Source of the DNA: a virus
Lineage: Duplodnaviria > Heunggongvirae > Uroviricota > Caudoviricetes
Length of the DNA stretch: 64,000 nt
Strand: one strand, 5' to 3'
IMG/VR virus record: IMGVR_UViG_3300029305_003072
Under the pieces are notes generated by a model. It searched no databases and had not been told where the DNA came from. It saw nothing but the letters and a program-made list of their open reading frames with translations. Made by a program: the position numbers and the translations under genes. Below, piece by piece: positions 45,460 through 57,000 of this stretch. Each line of letters begins with the position of its first letter. The stretch's first letter is position 1.

Positions 45460-46660
45460 TTTAAGTAGCCGTGTCCCTTTTAGATTAATGAAAGGTCGAT
45501 TAGGAGTTTACGATAAAAGACCGTTTGACCCAGCTGGTTCTACTGCCGAACAACTTGAATAGCAAAATCGTGTAGAAGAATTGATGAAAGTAATTAAAAA
45601 TATGAACATTGATTTAGATACTGTAACAATCCAAAAGATTGAGAATTTGTTGTCACAAGATAAAATTGATGAGGCTGGTATCGTATTGACGCAACTAGAC
45701 CCCAAAATTACTGGTATTTGGGAACAAGCTACTCGTTTTCGTCAGGCGGGCGGTAACAGACAGCAAGAACGTATGATTAAAGACAAGCGTCGTTCTTTAG
45801 ACCATGCAGTTTGGAATTCTTATCAGGCTGCTGAGGTCGTGCGAGTGGATGCGGAGAACCGCAAGCCAGTTCGCGCACTTATTAATCCAAATAAACTAAA
45901 ACAAGACTATGATGATAAAATCATTTCTGTGGGTTTTGAATATAATTTCAAATGCGGCGATGTGTTTGAGTGGTTAGGTACAAAAACTCACTGGTTAGTT
46001 TATTTACAAGATTTAACTGAATTAGCTTATTTCCGTGGTGATATTCGCAAGTGCTCTTATTAGATTGCTTGGGAGGATGAAGATGGTATTCATACCACAT
46101 ATGCGGCCGTGCGCGGTCCAGTGGAAACTAAAATTAACTTCATTCAAAAACATGGAATTAGTGTTGACACTCCTAATCACTCATTGAGTATTTTAATGCC
46201 AAAAAATGAATACACAATGAATTATTTTAAACGATATAGTAAGTTTTATCTTCAAGGCGATGATACTTGTTGGCGTGTTGAAGCTTCTGATTGGATTTCG
46301 ACTCCTGGAATCTTGGAAGTTATCGCAGTAGAGTATTATGCTAATGAAACTGAGGATGATGTAGATGCTGGTATCGTTGGTGGTTTAATTGAACCAATTA
46401 AAGACCCAAATGAAGGAACTGTTGATGAAATGGATATTATTGGAGAAACATTTATTAAGGTTAAGAAATTGTATGATTATGAATTTAATGGTACAAAAGC
46501 TGATGAATGGTATGTCGACAAGAAATATCCTGTTGAATTAATTCCTGACCCAACTGACCCAAGACGAGTATCTGTTCGATGGGTTAGTTCTTATAGTGGA
46601 CAATTTGAATTACTATATGGAGATTATAGTAAAACAATTGTTGTTGAGTCTTTATTTTAA
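45443..46660 (+). CDS. head-tail joining / neck protein candidate (~405 aa), 2 in-frame TAG
   Basis: ATG after AGGAG; three track pieces are in one frame and joined by TAGs at 45560 and 46061. Confidence 0.45.
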
Positions 46661-46687
46661 TAATTAAGTGATAAAGGAGATATAGAT

Positions 46688-47272
46688 ATGAAAAGAGAAG
46701 TTTATTCTTATCCTAAATCAAGTTTTTTGTCTACTGAAAAAGATATGAATTTGATTGTTCAGATGATTATGAAAAATGAGCGTCTGAAAAAAATGTTATA
46801 CTACACAACTCGTGATTGTATGAATAAGCCTAATTTAACCGAGGATGAAACTCTTGGTTTATTTGGTGAATAGATTAAGATTGTACCTAAGCTAACTGTT
46901 GATGGTTCAGTATTGAATTATATTATTGTTAGTTTTGATAATTTTACTGGTAATCGTAAGAATCCCGAGTTTAGAGATAATATTATTGAGTTTGACATTA
47001 TTTGTCATTTTGACCAATGGAAAATGAAAGACTTTGAGTTGCGTCCTTATAAGATTGCGGCAGAGATTGATTCTATGTTCAATGGAAAACATTTAACTGG
47101 AATTGGTGAGTTGGAATTTTTAGGCGCAAATCAAATGATTCTTACGGATGAATTTGGTGGATTGTGTTTAATGTATCAAGCTATCCATGGAGAAGAGGAT
47201 AAAAAGAAAATGCCTAATCCTAATGATGAAGAAGACTTCATCAAAAACTTTGATGCAATGTTTAATAATTGA
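46688..47272 (+). CDS. tail completion/neck protein candidate (~194 aa), one in-frame TAG
   Basis: Pieces 46688-46873 and 46913-47272 are in the same frame. Confidence 0.45.
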
Positions 47273-47994
47273 TGGATACTCGATTATCTTTAATGTGCGG
47301 AACGGATTATCCCGTTCCTGAATGTTAGTTAGTTATTCATCAACCTCGCATCAAAGAGATTGCATTTATAGGGGAAGCAGATTTTTTTACAGGTATTTAG
47401 TGTTTGTGCTTAAATAAATCCATGTTTATCAAGGACGAATCTCTTTTAAGAGATACAAATAATTTTCAAATATTTATGACGATAATGTCAGAAAAAGAAG
47501 CGGCAGATAAAAAGTTTGCGGTGCAGCAAGTCTTTACTTTAATATTTCCAAAATATAAAGTAATGATGACTCCACGCTCTGTGCTACTTAGTGGAGATGG
47601 AATGACAATTCAAATTGATGAAAAGAATTTTGAGTCATTACAAGCAGCGTTGACAAATATCTGTTGTCTGAAAACTGGCCCTATGGATTAGTAGAGTTTT
47701 AATCCAGCAAATGCTAAAGCTCGAGAGATAGCAGAAAAACTTATGCGAGGACGAGCTAAGGTTGCTGCTGAAAAGGGTCAAAGTAATATCAGTATATTTA
47801 GCCAGTATCTTTCAATACTTACAGTGGGATTACATATTCCTATGTAGGAGCTAATGGATTTAACCATGTTCCAATTATATGACTTAGTTGAAAGATATAT
47901 GCTATATATTAATTGGGATATGGACGTCCGTTGTCGTTTGGCTGGAGGCAAACCCGACAATCAACCTGACAATTGGATGAAAAATATTCACTAA
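47272..47994 (+). CDS. hypothetical virion protein (~240 aa), 5 in-frame TAG including a TAG-TAG doublet
   Basis: ATG overlaps the previous TGA (TGATG). The frame is open to TAA 47992-47994, with TAGs at 47326, 47398, 47689, 47692 and 47845. Confidence 0.4.
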
Positions 47995-48020
47995 CTAAAA
48001 TTTTAAGGAGGATACAAACC

Positions 48021-49025
48021 ATGAAATTTGGCGTTCGCGAAATTTGTGATGTTGTCTTAAAGGCAAAGGCTAACCAGAAGGTTGGTAACAAGATTTTCTA
48101 TAAGAACGAACCTGTTATCTATTTTGATACTCTGAAGACTTCTAGCATGGAGGGTGCTGCTACTACCGTTTATGCACAGGGCGGCCGTGGTAACTCTCGT
48201 TTGATGGCTTGGGAAGGTGAGCGTACCATTACTTTCACTATGGAAGATGCTCTAATCTCTCCCGCTGGCTTCATGATTCTATCTGGCGCAGGTTTGATTG
48301 AGGCTAGTGATGCTAAGCCCATTATGGTTCATACTACTGAGCAGACTGATGCTGTTGTTGTTGGCGATGGTGAAGTAACTATTACTCTACAGGAAGCTCC
48401 TTATGTACCTGAGTTGGGTAAGAGTGGCTATGGTGAAGATTTCATTTATGTTATGTTAATGCAGAATGGTGAAATCGTTACTGAGCCTTTCATTCCTAGT
48501 TCTGTTGAAGGCAATGTAATTAAGTTAACTGAAACTTGGACTGATGAAGCTCGTAGTGAGGTTAATCAGCAGGCTCGTGCTAACGATTTGAGTCCTTTCT
48601 ATGCTGGTTGTGTTGTATTGGTTGACTACTATGTTGCTCGTAAGTCTATGGCACAGCAGATTGATATCACTCCCGACAAGTTCGGTGGTAACTATTACCT
48701 AGAGGCTTCTACTCTGTTCCGTAATACTGAGGGTGTTGATATGCCTGCAGAGTTCGTAATTCCTAACTGCAAGATTCAGTCTAACTTTACTTTCACTATG
48801 GCATCTTCTGGCGACCCATCCACTTTCACTTTCACTATGGATGCATTCCCAGATTATACTCGTTTCGACCGCACTAAGAAGGTTCTGGCAGCTATTCAGA
48901 TTATTGAATCTGCTGATACCGATAGCGCTATCGACCGTGTAAGCACTCATTCTACTGATACTATTGACTTCAATGGCATGGTAGCTGGTACTCGTCCCTT
49001 TGCAGGTTTTGCAACTGAGGAATAA
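48021..49025 (+). CDS. major tail protein (334 aa); no TAG
   Basis: AAGGAGG followed by the ATG of MKFGVREICDVV. Size and position match a major tail protein, and a strong terminator follows. The longer ORF-track start at 47973 would include the SD itself. Confidence 0.5.
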   Translation: MKFGVREICDVVLKAKANQKVGNKIFYKNEPVIYFDTLKTSSMEGAATTVYAQGGRGNSRLMAWEGERTITFTMEDALISPAGFMILSGAGLIEASDAKPIMVHTTEQTDAVVVGDGEVTITLQEAPYVPELGKSGYGEDFIYVMLMQNGEIVTEPFIPSSVEGNVIKLTETWTDEARSEVNQQARANDLSPFYAGCVVLVDYYVARKSMAQQIDITPDKFGGNYYLEASTLFRNTEGVDMPAEFVIPNCKIQSNFTFTMASSGDPSTFTFTMDAFPDYTRFDRTKKVLAAIQIIESADTDSAIDRVSTHSTDTIDFNGMVAGTRPFAGFATEE

Positions 49026-49046
49026 TTGACAATTAAATAAATTTAA

Positions 49047-49082
49047 GGGGAGAGATTAAGAAATTAATCTCTCCCCTTTTTG
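49047..49082 (+). terminator. rho-independent terminator (GGGGAGAGATTAAGAAATTAATCTCTCCCC + T-run)
   Basis: A 12-bp stem followed by a T-run. Confidence 0.8.
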
Positions 49083-49108
49083 TCATTTGTAGTAAAAGGA
49101 GGAATAGA

Positions 49109-50278
49109 ATGGCTGAAGGTATTATTTTTGGTGGACATTTATTGGATAAAGATACTTTTATTCAAATATTTGAAGAATGGTATAATGAAAAAAATCAAGA
49201 ATTTTATCACGATTTAGTAATATTAAAAGATGAAATATCTCAAATGTATACTATGGAATTAAGAGAGAGTCAGTCTCATCCAGGAGTATGGAAAAATGCT
49301 ATGAGACGTCAGTCATCTTATAGTGCAAAAAAGATATATGAAAGATGGGAATAGATTCAAAAAAAATATTTTGGTAATAATGCTGTTACCTTAATTGCTA
49401 TTACTAAATTTGGAGAAAAAGAATTGACTTGGTCCTAGAATATAGAAGAAGCAAGTGTAATGACTGAGGGTGGTATTAATGTTACTAAAACTCAATTAAA
49501 TACGGCAGTTGGTTCTTTGGATAAAGATTTAGCTGCATATGCGGCCGCTCAAGAGATTTAGAATTTTTTTAGACGACATTATAGTGATATGTGTAATCAA
49601 CTTTCTGGCTATAAAATGAATAATACAGATGCTCAATTATTACATAAAACAATTTCTTCAAAATCTCCTTTGTATTAGTCTAGACATGAATCTTTTACTG
49701 GACGTAGTTATGGAGAAATTATTTTTGCTTCTTAGGGCAATGCCGAAGGTAAATAGTTAGATGCTTTTATGAATCATGTGGCTCAATACAATAAACAATT
49801 ATTTGGTTTAATGTCTGCTAGTGCTGTTAATAGTAATTAGCTTGTAAATTTAAAAATAGATGACCACGGTGGATTTTCAGGGATTTTTAGTTCTCCACAA
49901 GTAGTATAGCCTTGGTTATTAGCATCATTAAACTCAGCTAGTTGGTTGACAGGAGGAGACGTTGTTGTTATTGATGAGTCTGGAGCCGTAATTTATAATA
50001 TTTAGATTAAATCAACATTAGCAGATTCAGGTAAAAACTTTGAATTAGCATTAACAAGACTTGAGAGTTTAATTAATAGACTTATTAAAAGAATGGAAAG
50101 AATGCATGAAAATCCAAGATTAAAACCTAAGTCTTTAGCTAATATAATGTATAAGTCTTTAAAAACTACTAGTAGCAATGATGTTGCTAAAAGCGAATCT
50201 TTTATGGAGACTGAAGCTTATAATACTGTGCGTAAAAACTTAAATTTAGCTCCAATCAATATAAAGTTTAATGTATAA
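49109..50278 (+). CDS. hypothetical tail-associated protein (~389 aa) with 10 in-frame TAG
   Basis: A single frame runs from ATG 49109 to TAA 50276-50278 and is interrupted only by TAG; there is no alternative ORF on either strand. Confidence 0.5.
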
Positions 50279-50282
50279 AATT

Positions 50283-50311
50283 TGACAAATCAGAAATTTT
50301 CTGGTATAATA
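50283..50311 (+). promoter_or_regulatory. promoter TTGACA-17-TGgTATAAT
   Basis: TTGACAaatcagaaattttctggTATAAT, just upstream of 50346. Confidence 0.7.
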
Positions 50312-50345
50312 TAATTGTAAAATGAGATAAAGGAGGAGTTTAGCT

Positions 50346-50885
50346 ATGGCTAAAGTACCATTTTCAAAACTTCAAGCTAAAGTAGACGGAGGGGCAACAA
50401 GTGTCTTTTATTATAATTTAGCAGGAGAAGAAGTTTATTATGAAGTAAAACATTATTTACCTTTTAAGGAAAAGCTTGAATTAGTATCAAACATTATTAA
50501 TAAGTCTATTGATGATAATGGATTTTACAATCCAATGAGAGTAAAATTTAATATGGTATTAGAAATTACTTATGCTTATACTAATTTAAGTTTCACTGAA
50601 AAAATGAAAGAAGACCCATTTAAATTATATGATATTTTAGTAAGCACTGGTATTTTTACAGATATTGTTGATGTTATTCGTGAAAAAGATTGGCAAGAAA
50701 TTCAAGAAAATGTTTGGTCTACTATTAATAATATTTATCAATATAATAATTCTGTAATGGGAATTTTAGATACATTAAAAGCTGATTATGATAATTTAAA
50801 TTTTGATGCTACTGAAATCCAAAAGAAGATTGGGGACCCAGAGAATATGGCTTTATTGCGTGAAGTCCTAACTAAATTGGGCTAA
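50346..50885 (+). CDS. tail assembly chaperone candidate (179 aa); no TAG
   Basis: Position immediately upstream of the tape measure gene, with an acidic C-terminal half and typical size. Confidence 0.4.
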   Translation: MAKVPFSKLQAKVDGGATSVFYYNLAGEEVYYEVKHYLPFKEKLELVSNIINKSIDDNGFYNPMRVKFNMVLEITYAYTNLSFTEKMKEDPFKLYDILVSTGIFTDIVDVIREKDWQEIQENVWSTINNIYQYNNSVMGILDTLKADYDNLNFDATEIQKKIGDPENMALLREVLTKLG

Positions 50886-50932
50886 TTAAATTATTCTTAT
50901 TATTTAGATTTTTAAATTTTAATAGGAATAGT

Positions 50933-50975
50933 CGGGGATGAGAATTTGATTATTCTCATCCCCGATTTTTTATTT
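50933..50975 (+). terminator. rho-independent terminator (CGGGGATGAGAAT..ATTCTCATCCCCG + T-run)
   Basis: A 13-bp stem followed by TTTTTTATTTT. Confidence 0.75.
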
Positions 50976-51017
50976 TGCAAAATAAAAAATTAGGAGAGAA
51001 AGGAGATAAAAATTTGT

Positions 51018-54000
51018 ATGGCAAAAAATCTTAATGTTAGTTTAGCTTTTACTGCGAATACGAATGAGGCTATTGCCGCAATTAAAAATTTGCAAAAAGA
51101 GCTTAATGGATTGGCTACTGGTTCTGCATTGAAAAATAGTGGAATTTCACAAATTACACCTGAAATTCAAAGAGCTATGACCGCAGCAGGAGAGTTATAG
51201 GCTAAACTAGAAGCGGCTACAAATTTAAAAACAGGAAAATTAGATTTAGGTCAATTTTCTGATTCCTTAAAAAAAGGCGGAGTTTCTCTTCAGCAATATG
51301 CTAATCAATTAAATGCTCTTGGTCCGGCCGGTCGTCAAGCATTTACGAATTTAGCTTAGTCTGTTTTATAGGCAGAAGCTCCTTTAATTAGATGCAGTCA
51401 AAGGGTTAGAGAGCTTGGTACTACATTAGCAAATACTGCAAGATGGCAGTTATCTTCTAGTATTTTACATGGTTTTATGGGAACCGTATAGTCTGCTTAT
51501 GGATATGCTCAAGATTTAAATAAATCTTTAAATGATATTCGCATTGTTACTGGTGCTAGTGTTGCTGAAATGGATGCATTTGCAGCTAAGGCAAATAAGG
51601 CAGCGCGGGCATTAAGTACAACAACTAATGAATATGCTAAAGCTTCTTTAATCTATTTCCAATAGGGTGATACTCAATCTGAAGCTATGCAAAAAGCTGC
51701 TGTTACTGCAAAAATGGCAAATGTAACTGGACAAAGCGCAGATGTTGTTTCTAATCAATTAACTGCTATTTGGAATAATTTTAACAAAGAAGGCGATGTT
51801 GCTTATGAACATTATGCCGATGTATTAACAAAATTAGGTGCTGCAACTGCGTCTAGCACTGATGAAATTGCTGGTGGATTAGAGAAATTTGCCGGTATTG
51901 CAGATACTATTGGTTTGAGTTATGAATATGCTGCATCTGCTTTGGCAACAATTACTGCAACATCTCGTGAAAGTGAAGAAGTTGTTGGTACAGCATTAAA
52001 AACAATCTTTGCACGTATTCAAGGTTTAAAGCAAGGAGACACCCTTGAAGATGGTACTACTTTAAATAAATACTCTGAAGCTTTGCAAAAAGTCGGTATT
52101 AGTATTTTTGACCAAACTGGCGAATTGAAGAATATGGATAGTATTCTTGAAGAAATGGCCGCAAAATGGGTAACTTTAAATAAAGACCAATAGTTGGCAT
52201 TGGCTCAAACTGTTGCTGGTGTTCGTCAATATAACCAAATGGTTACTTTGATGGATAATTGGGATTTTATGGAAGAAAATCTTGCAACTGCTGGCGCAGC
52301 GGATGGAGAACTTAATAAACAAGCTGAGATTTATGCTGAAAGCTGGGAGGCTGCTCGAGACAGAGTAACAGCAGCAGCAGAAAATTTATATACTAAAATT
52401 TTAGATGACGATTTTTTCATTGGTTTTTTAGATGGTTTAAGCCATGTTATTGATGGAGTAGGTAGTTTAGTTGATGCTTTTGGAGGTTTAGGTGGCGTTC
52501 TAGCAACTATTGGAGCTATTGCCACAAAAGTTTTCCATAAAGAAATTGCTTAGGGTTTAAGAAATGCTGCTTATAGTATTAAGCAATTTACTCCAGCGGG
52601 TAAAAAAGAACATGAAAAGACTAAAGAAGATGCTCTTGAGGGTATTCGTAACTTAAAATCTAATATGCGTGGTCGTGAAGGCGATGCAGAAAATGCTTCT
52701 CTTGATAGAGAAATTCGTATGCAAGAATAGCTACGTGCAGCTGCTGGTCGCGTAACTGAAGAAGAGCTTAAATAGCTTCAAGTTCAAATGGATTTAGTAC
52801 GAGCAATGGATAAGAGAGCAATTGCTGCTGGTAAAGCAGCGGATGCAGCAAGGGAAGAAGTTGAAGACGCTCGAGATTTAGCAAAAGCCTATGAGAAAAT
52901 TGAGGCTAGAGATAAGGCCAAGGAAGATTTTTAGAAGAAACATTAGGGTGAAGAAAATCAAAAACGAAATGACGCAATATCTCAAGCCTTTGACGATGTA
53001 ATAGATTATGGAGCAAATCACAGAAAGACAAAACATCATCGATTTGGTGAGTAGGGAGATTATATTAATTAGCAATATGCTTAGGCTCGGTAGAGGGTAG
53101 TAGATTCTGGTGAAACAGTAACAGCTGATGCTGTTCGAGGAGAATTTTTAGCTGGATTAAGAGAGGCGGCCGACAGTAGAGATGAAATGGCGAAAGCTAT
53201 TTTTGATAAAGTTAAAGCTGCTGGAGAAGAAGCTGCTTAGGCATATGGTGAAGCTATGAAGTCTGAGCTAGATGAAGCAATGAGAGATGCTGAAAGATAG
53301 GCTAGCGAAAAAATTGAAAATATTGGAAAAGCAGTGGATAAAGGTGCTATGACGGAAGTCCGTGCCAAAGATTTAAGAGAAACTGCTTCTAAACTTTCAG
53401 TAAAAACTAAAGACGATAATGGTAATGAAGTTTATAAAACTGCCGATACTGGATTAGGTAAAGTATAGGATACATTAAAACAAAAGCTTGCTGCGACAGC
53501 TGCTGAAGCTAAAGAATTATAGGCTGCATTAGCTGCTTTGGGTAAATCTGATAGTGTATTAGATGGTAGAATTGCAGATTTAGAAAATATGACACAAGAA
53601 TTAAATAGTACTACTGCTAGTGCTGAACGTCTTGAAGAAATTTTAGGATAGCTATCTAGTGAAGAGGAAGGCGGTATTACTTCAGTTCTTGAAGATTAGG
53701 CTCAAATGTTGACAGTGGATGCAGCAGGAACGCCTTATGGTGGAGAAACAAGCGCAGATGCAAAAACTCGTGGAGGAGAAGATTATCTTCGTTCTAAGCA
53801 AGCTGCTTAGAAACAAATGGATAGCGAAAACGCTAATTTAAATGTTGGCGGTAGTGAAGAAGGTTTAAATGAATCTTTTAATAAGAGCGGTTTAACAGAT
53901 TGGGCCGATTAGATTACTAATACTACTGATTTAATTATGGGACTAGGCTCTGCAATCAGTTCAGTATAGGGAGCTATTGATGTTTTTAATAATCCTGATG

Positions 54001-57000
54001 CAACAGCTTGGGATAAAATTAGTGCAGTAATCAGTGTTGTAATCGGTATTTTACCAGTTGCATCAACTTTAATGACAATGTTTGGTACTACTGCAGCAAC
54101 AGCAGGTGCAACTGCGAGTGCGGGTATGACCGCTGCGTTAGGTTCAATTGGTTGGATTATTTTAGCAGTAACAGCATTGATTGCAATTTTTATTGCTTTA
54201 GGTTCTGCGATAGCAGCAAATTCTCCAGAAGGATAGCTGAAGAGTGCACAAGAAGCCACTGAAAAAACTGCACAAGCGGCACAAAATGCAAAAAGTGCTT
54301 ATGAAGAATTGTTAGCTACTATCAATAGATATGATAGTGCAAAAGAATCGTTAGAAGGATTAGCTAAGGGTACCGAGGAATATACGGAAGCTCTCATGGA
54401 GGCTAATGCTGCGGCAAGAGAATTAATTGATACTTATGAATTAACAAGTGATTAGTTCCATGTGGATGAAAATGGTTTAATTCAAATTGATGAAAATGCT
54501 CTTTAGACAAAGAAAGATGAACATCGTGAAAGAGTTGAAAAAACTTCTAGTGCATTAACAGGCGCTTAGAAATATGAGAATGAAAAAGAAGACGATGTTA
54601 CTATTTCTAATATTCGAAAAGAAGCTAATAAGGATTCCATGTATTATGGGTCTGATTATTAGAATTATTTAATCTCTGATACTAATATTGAAACTGTATT
54701 AGCTGCGGCCAGAAATGCAGAAGGTGGTTCTGATGCTTATTTCGCTGAAGGTGAAAAAAATATTGCAGCAACAATGGGATGGGACCCAGATGCATTAACA
54801 ACTTATTAGCAAGATTTTATAAATGCATTAATGGAAAATTCCGCGGCCCTATCTGAAGCAAATGCAGCAATTTTAGCAAACGCAGCGGCCAATGAAGCTG
54901 CTACAAAAGCATAGTTGGCGCAAAATTTGAGTGATGAAACTGCATTTTAGGACAGTGAATATCAAGATGAGTTATTAGAAGCTGCATTAAATACTCAAGG
55001 GACTGAGGAATCAGAAGCTCAAGATAAGCTTGACGGAATGACTCAAGACCAAATGTATGATGCTTATGCTGAAATGATGGGCTATACCAATAATGGTATA
55101 GGTACTTGGTTAGATGGTAAGCAAGAGTTCTTGGATGCTGACGGAAATCCAATTGAGTTAACTCCAGAGCAAGTAGAAGCTCAAATGCGTGAAATGTACG
55201 CGCAAGAGGGTATGGAAGAAAATGCATTAAATCTTGTAGATACTATGAATCAAGTAATGGCACGAGCTGATGAAAATAAAGGTGTTATTAGTACTGCTAT
55301 TACTGGAGATACAGAAAAATTAACTATTGGTTAGTAGGGTATGAGTGCAGATGAAGTTGCTGCTATGGTTACTGATGAAGAAGCTCAAGCGATGGGCTTT
55401 GAAAGTGCGGCAGCTTTTGGAGAATCATTTGCTTCTGCTACAGAGAGCTTTGCTGGTGAATGGCAATCTTTAATGGGAAATTATGTTGACTCCGTTTCTG
55501 ATTAGATGCAAACCATGTTTGATAATGGAGAGTTAGATAATCTAACTCTTGGACAGTCAGAAAATTTAGCAAATGCTTTTGAAACTGCATATGCAACTAG
55601 TGGATAGGCTGGTATGGATGTATTGGCTAAGATGTTTACTGATGCTGGTGAATATTCTGACGAATTTGCAAATGCTCTTGGAACTATAGACTGGAGCACT
55701 GCTACCCCAGAGACTTTACAAGACGCATTGGATGCCGCGGGTGTTGCTACTCATTATACTGCTGATGAATTAAATAATTTAATTAATGTAATGAACGAAG
55801 GAGCTATGGGCTTCGAAAATGCTGCAAATAAATATAAAACATTATCTGAGATTGTTGATTCATTAAAATCTGGTGATACTATTACAGCTGAGCAATTTAA
55901 AGAATTGGGTCCAGGTATGGAAGATTATTTCATGCGAATGGCTGATGGTACTTATAAATTAATTGGTGATGCAGAAGCTTTCTATGCTGCTGTTAATGAA
56001 TAGTAGTTGGAAGGTTTTGAAAATACAATTACTGCAAAAACTGAAGATAATGCAGAAATTGAAAATGTATTAAATCATGATATTAGCTCTTTGGGTAAGA
56101 TGGATAGTACTACAATGGGTGGTCATGTTTACACTGGAAATGGACAATTTGTTTAGAATACTGATGTAGCTAATGCTCAATTAAATTTCTTAGAGTAGAC
56201 TGGCTATGACCCCGCTCAAGTTCAACAATGGCGTGATGATATGTAGGCTGGCACTTTAGATGTTAAAGCATTGACAACTGCTGTGAATGAACAAACAACG
56301 TCTCTTGGCGGAGCAGCAGCTGCAGAAGAATATTTAACACAATAGCTGGATGCTAATAATACAGAAATTGAACAAAGTAAAGAGGCTATTGCATCTACGG
56401 CTACATCTTTAGATGAATTAGATTAGATGTTGCAAGATGGTAAGATTTCTGTAGAAGCATATGATAAAGCTGCCTAGGGTGCTTTTGAAAAAGAAGTTGA
56501 AGCTGAGGGTTTCGACACTGAAGAACTTAATAATTATGTTGATGCATTAATTGAATCTGGTAAATTCTTAGAAGAAAATCGACAAGAAGCTCAAAAATTT
56601 GCTTTAGCTCAGTATCGGATGGAAAAAGGATGCACTGAGTTGGTTGAAAGTTATGAAGATTGGGACAAAGTTTTATCAGATAATGAAGCTAGTTTAAAAG
56701 ATATTAATAAAGTTATGCCAAAAGTAAATTCTATGTTACAAGATATGATGGACTTATCTGATGAAGAATTTGCTTTATTACCAGATAATTTTGCTCAAGA
56801 TAATTGGAATTTAATTCAAGACGTTTATAATGAAGTTGATGGAGCTTATGAAGCTTTAAGAGCAAAAATAACAGAAGAAATTGTTATGAAGGTTGTACTT
56901 GATGAATCTGCTTAGGGTCAAGTTATGACAGAAGTTAATAATTTTTTAGCCAATGTTAATTTGGATGATATTGAAGTTGGAGCAACTTTAGATTCCACTG

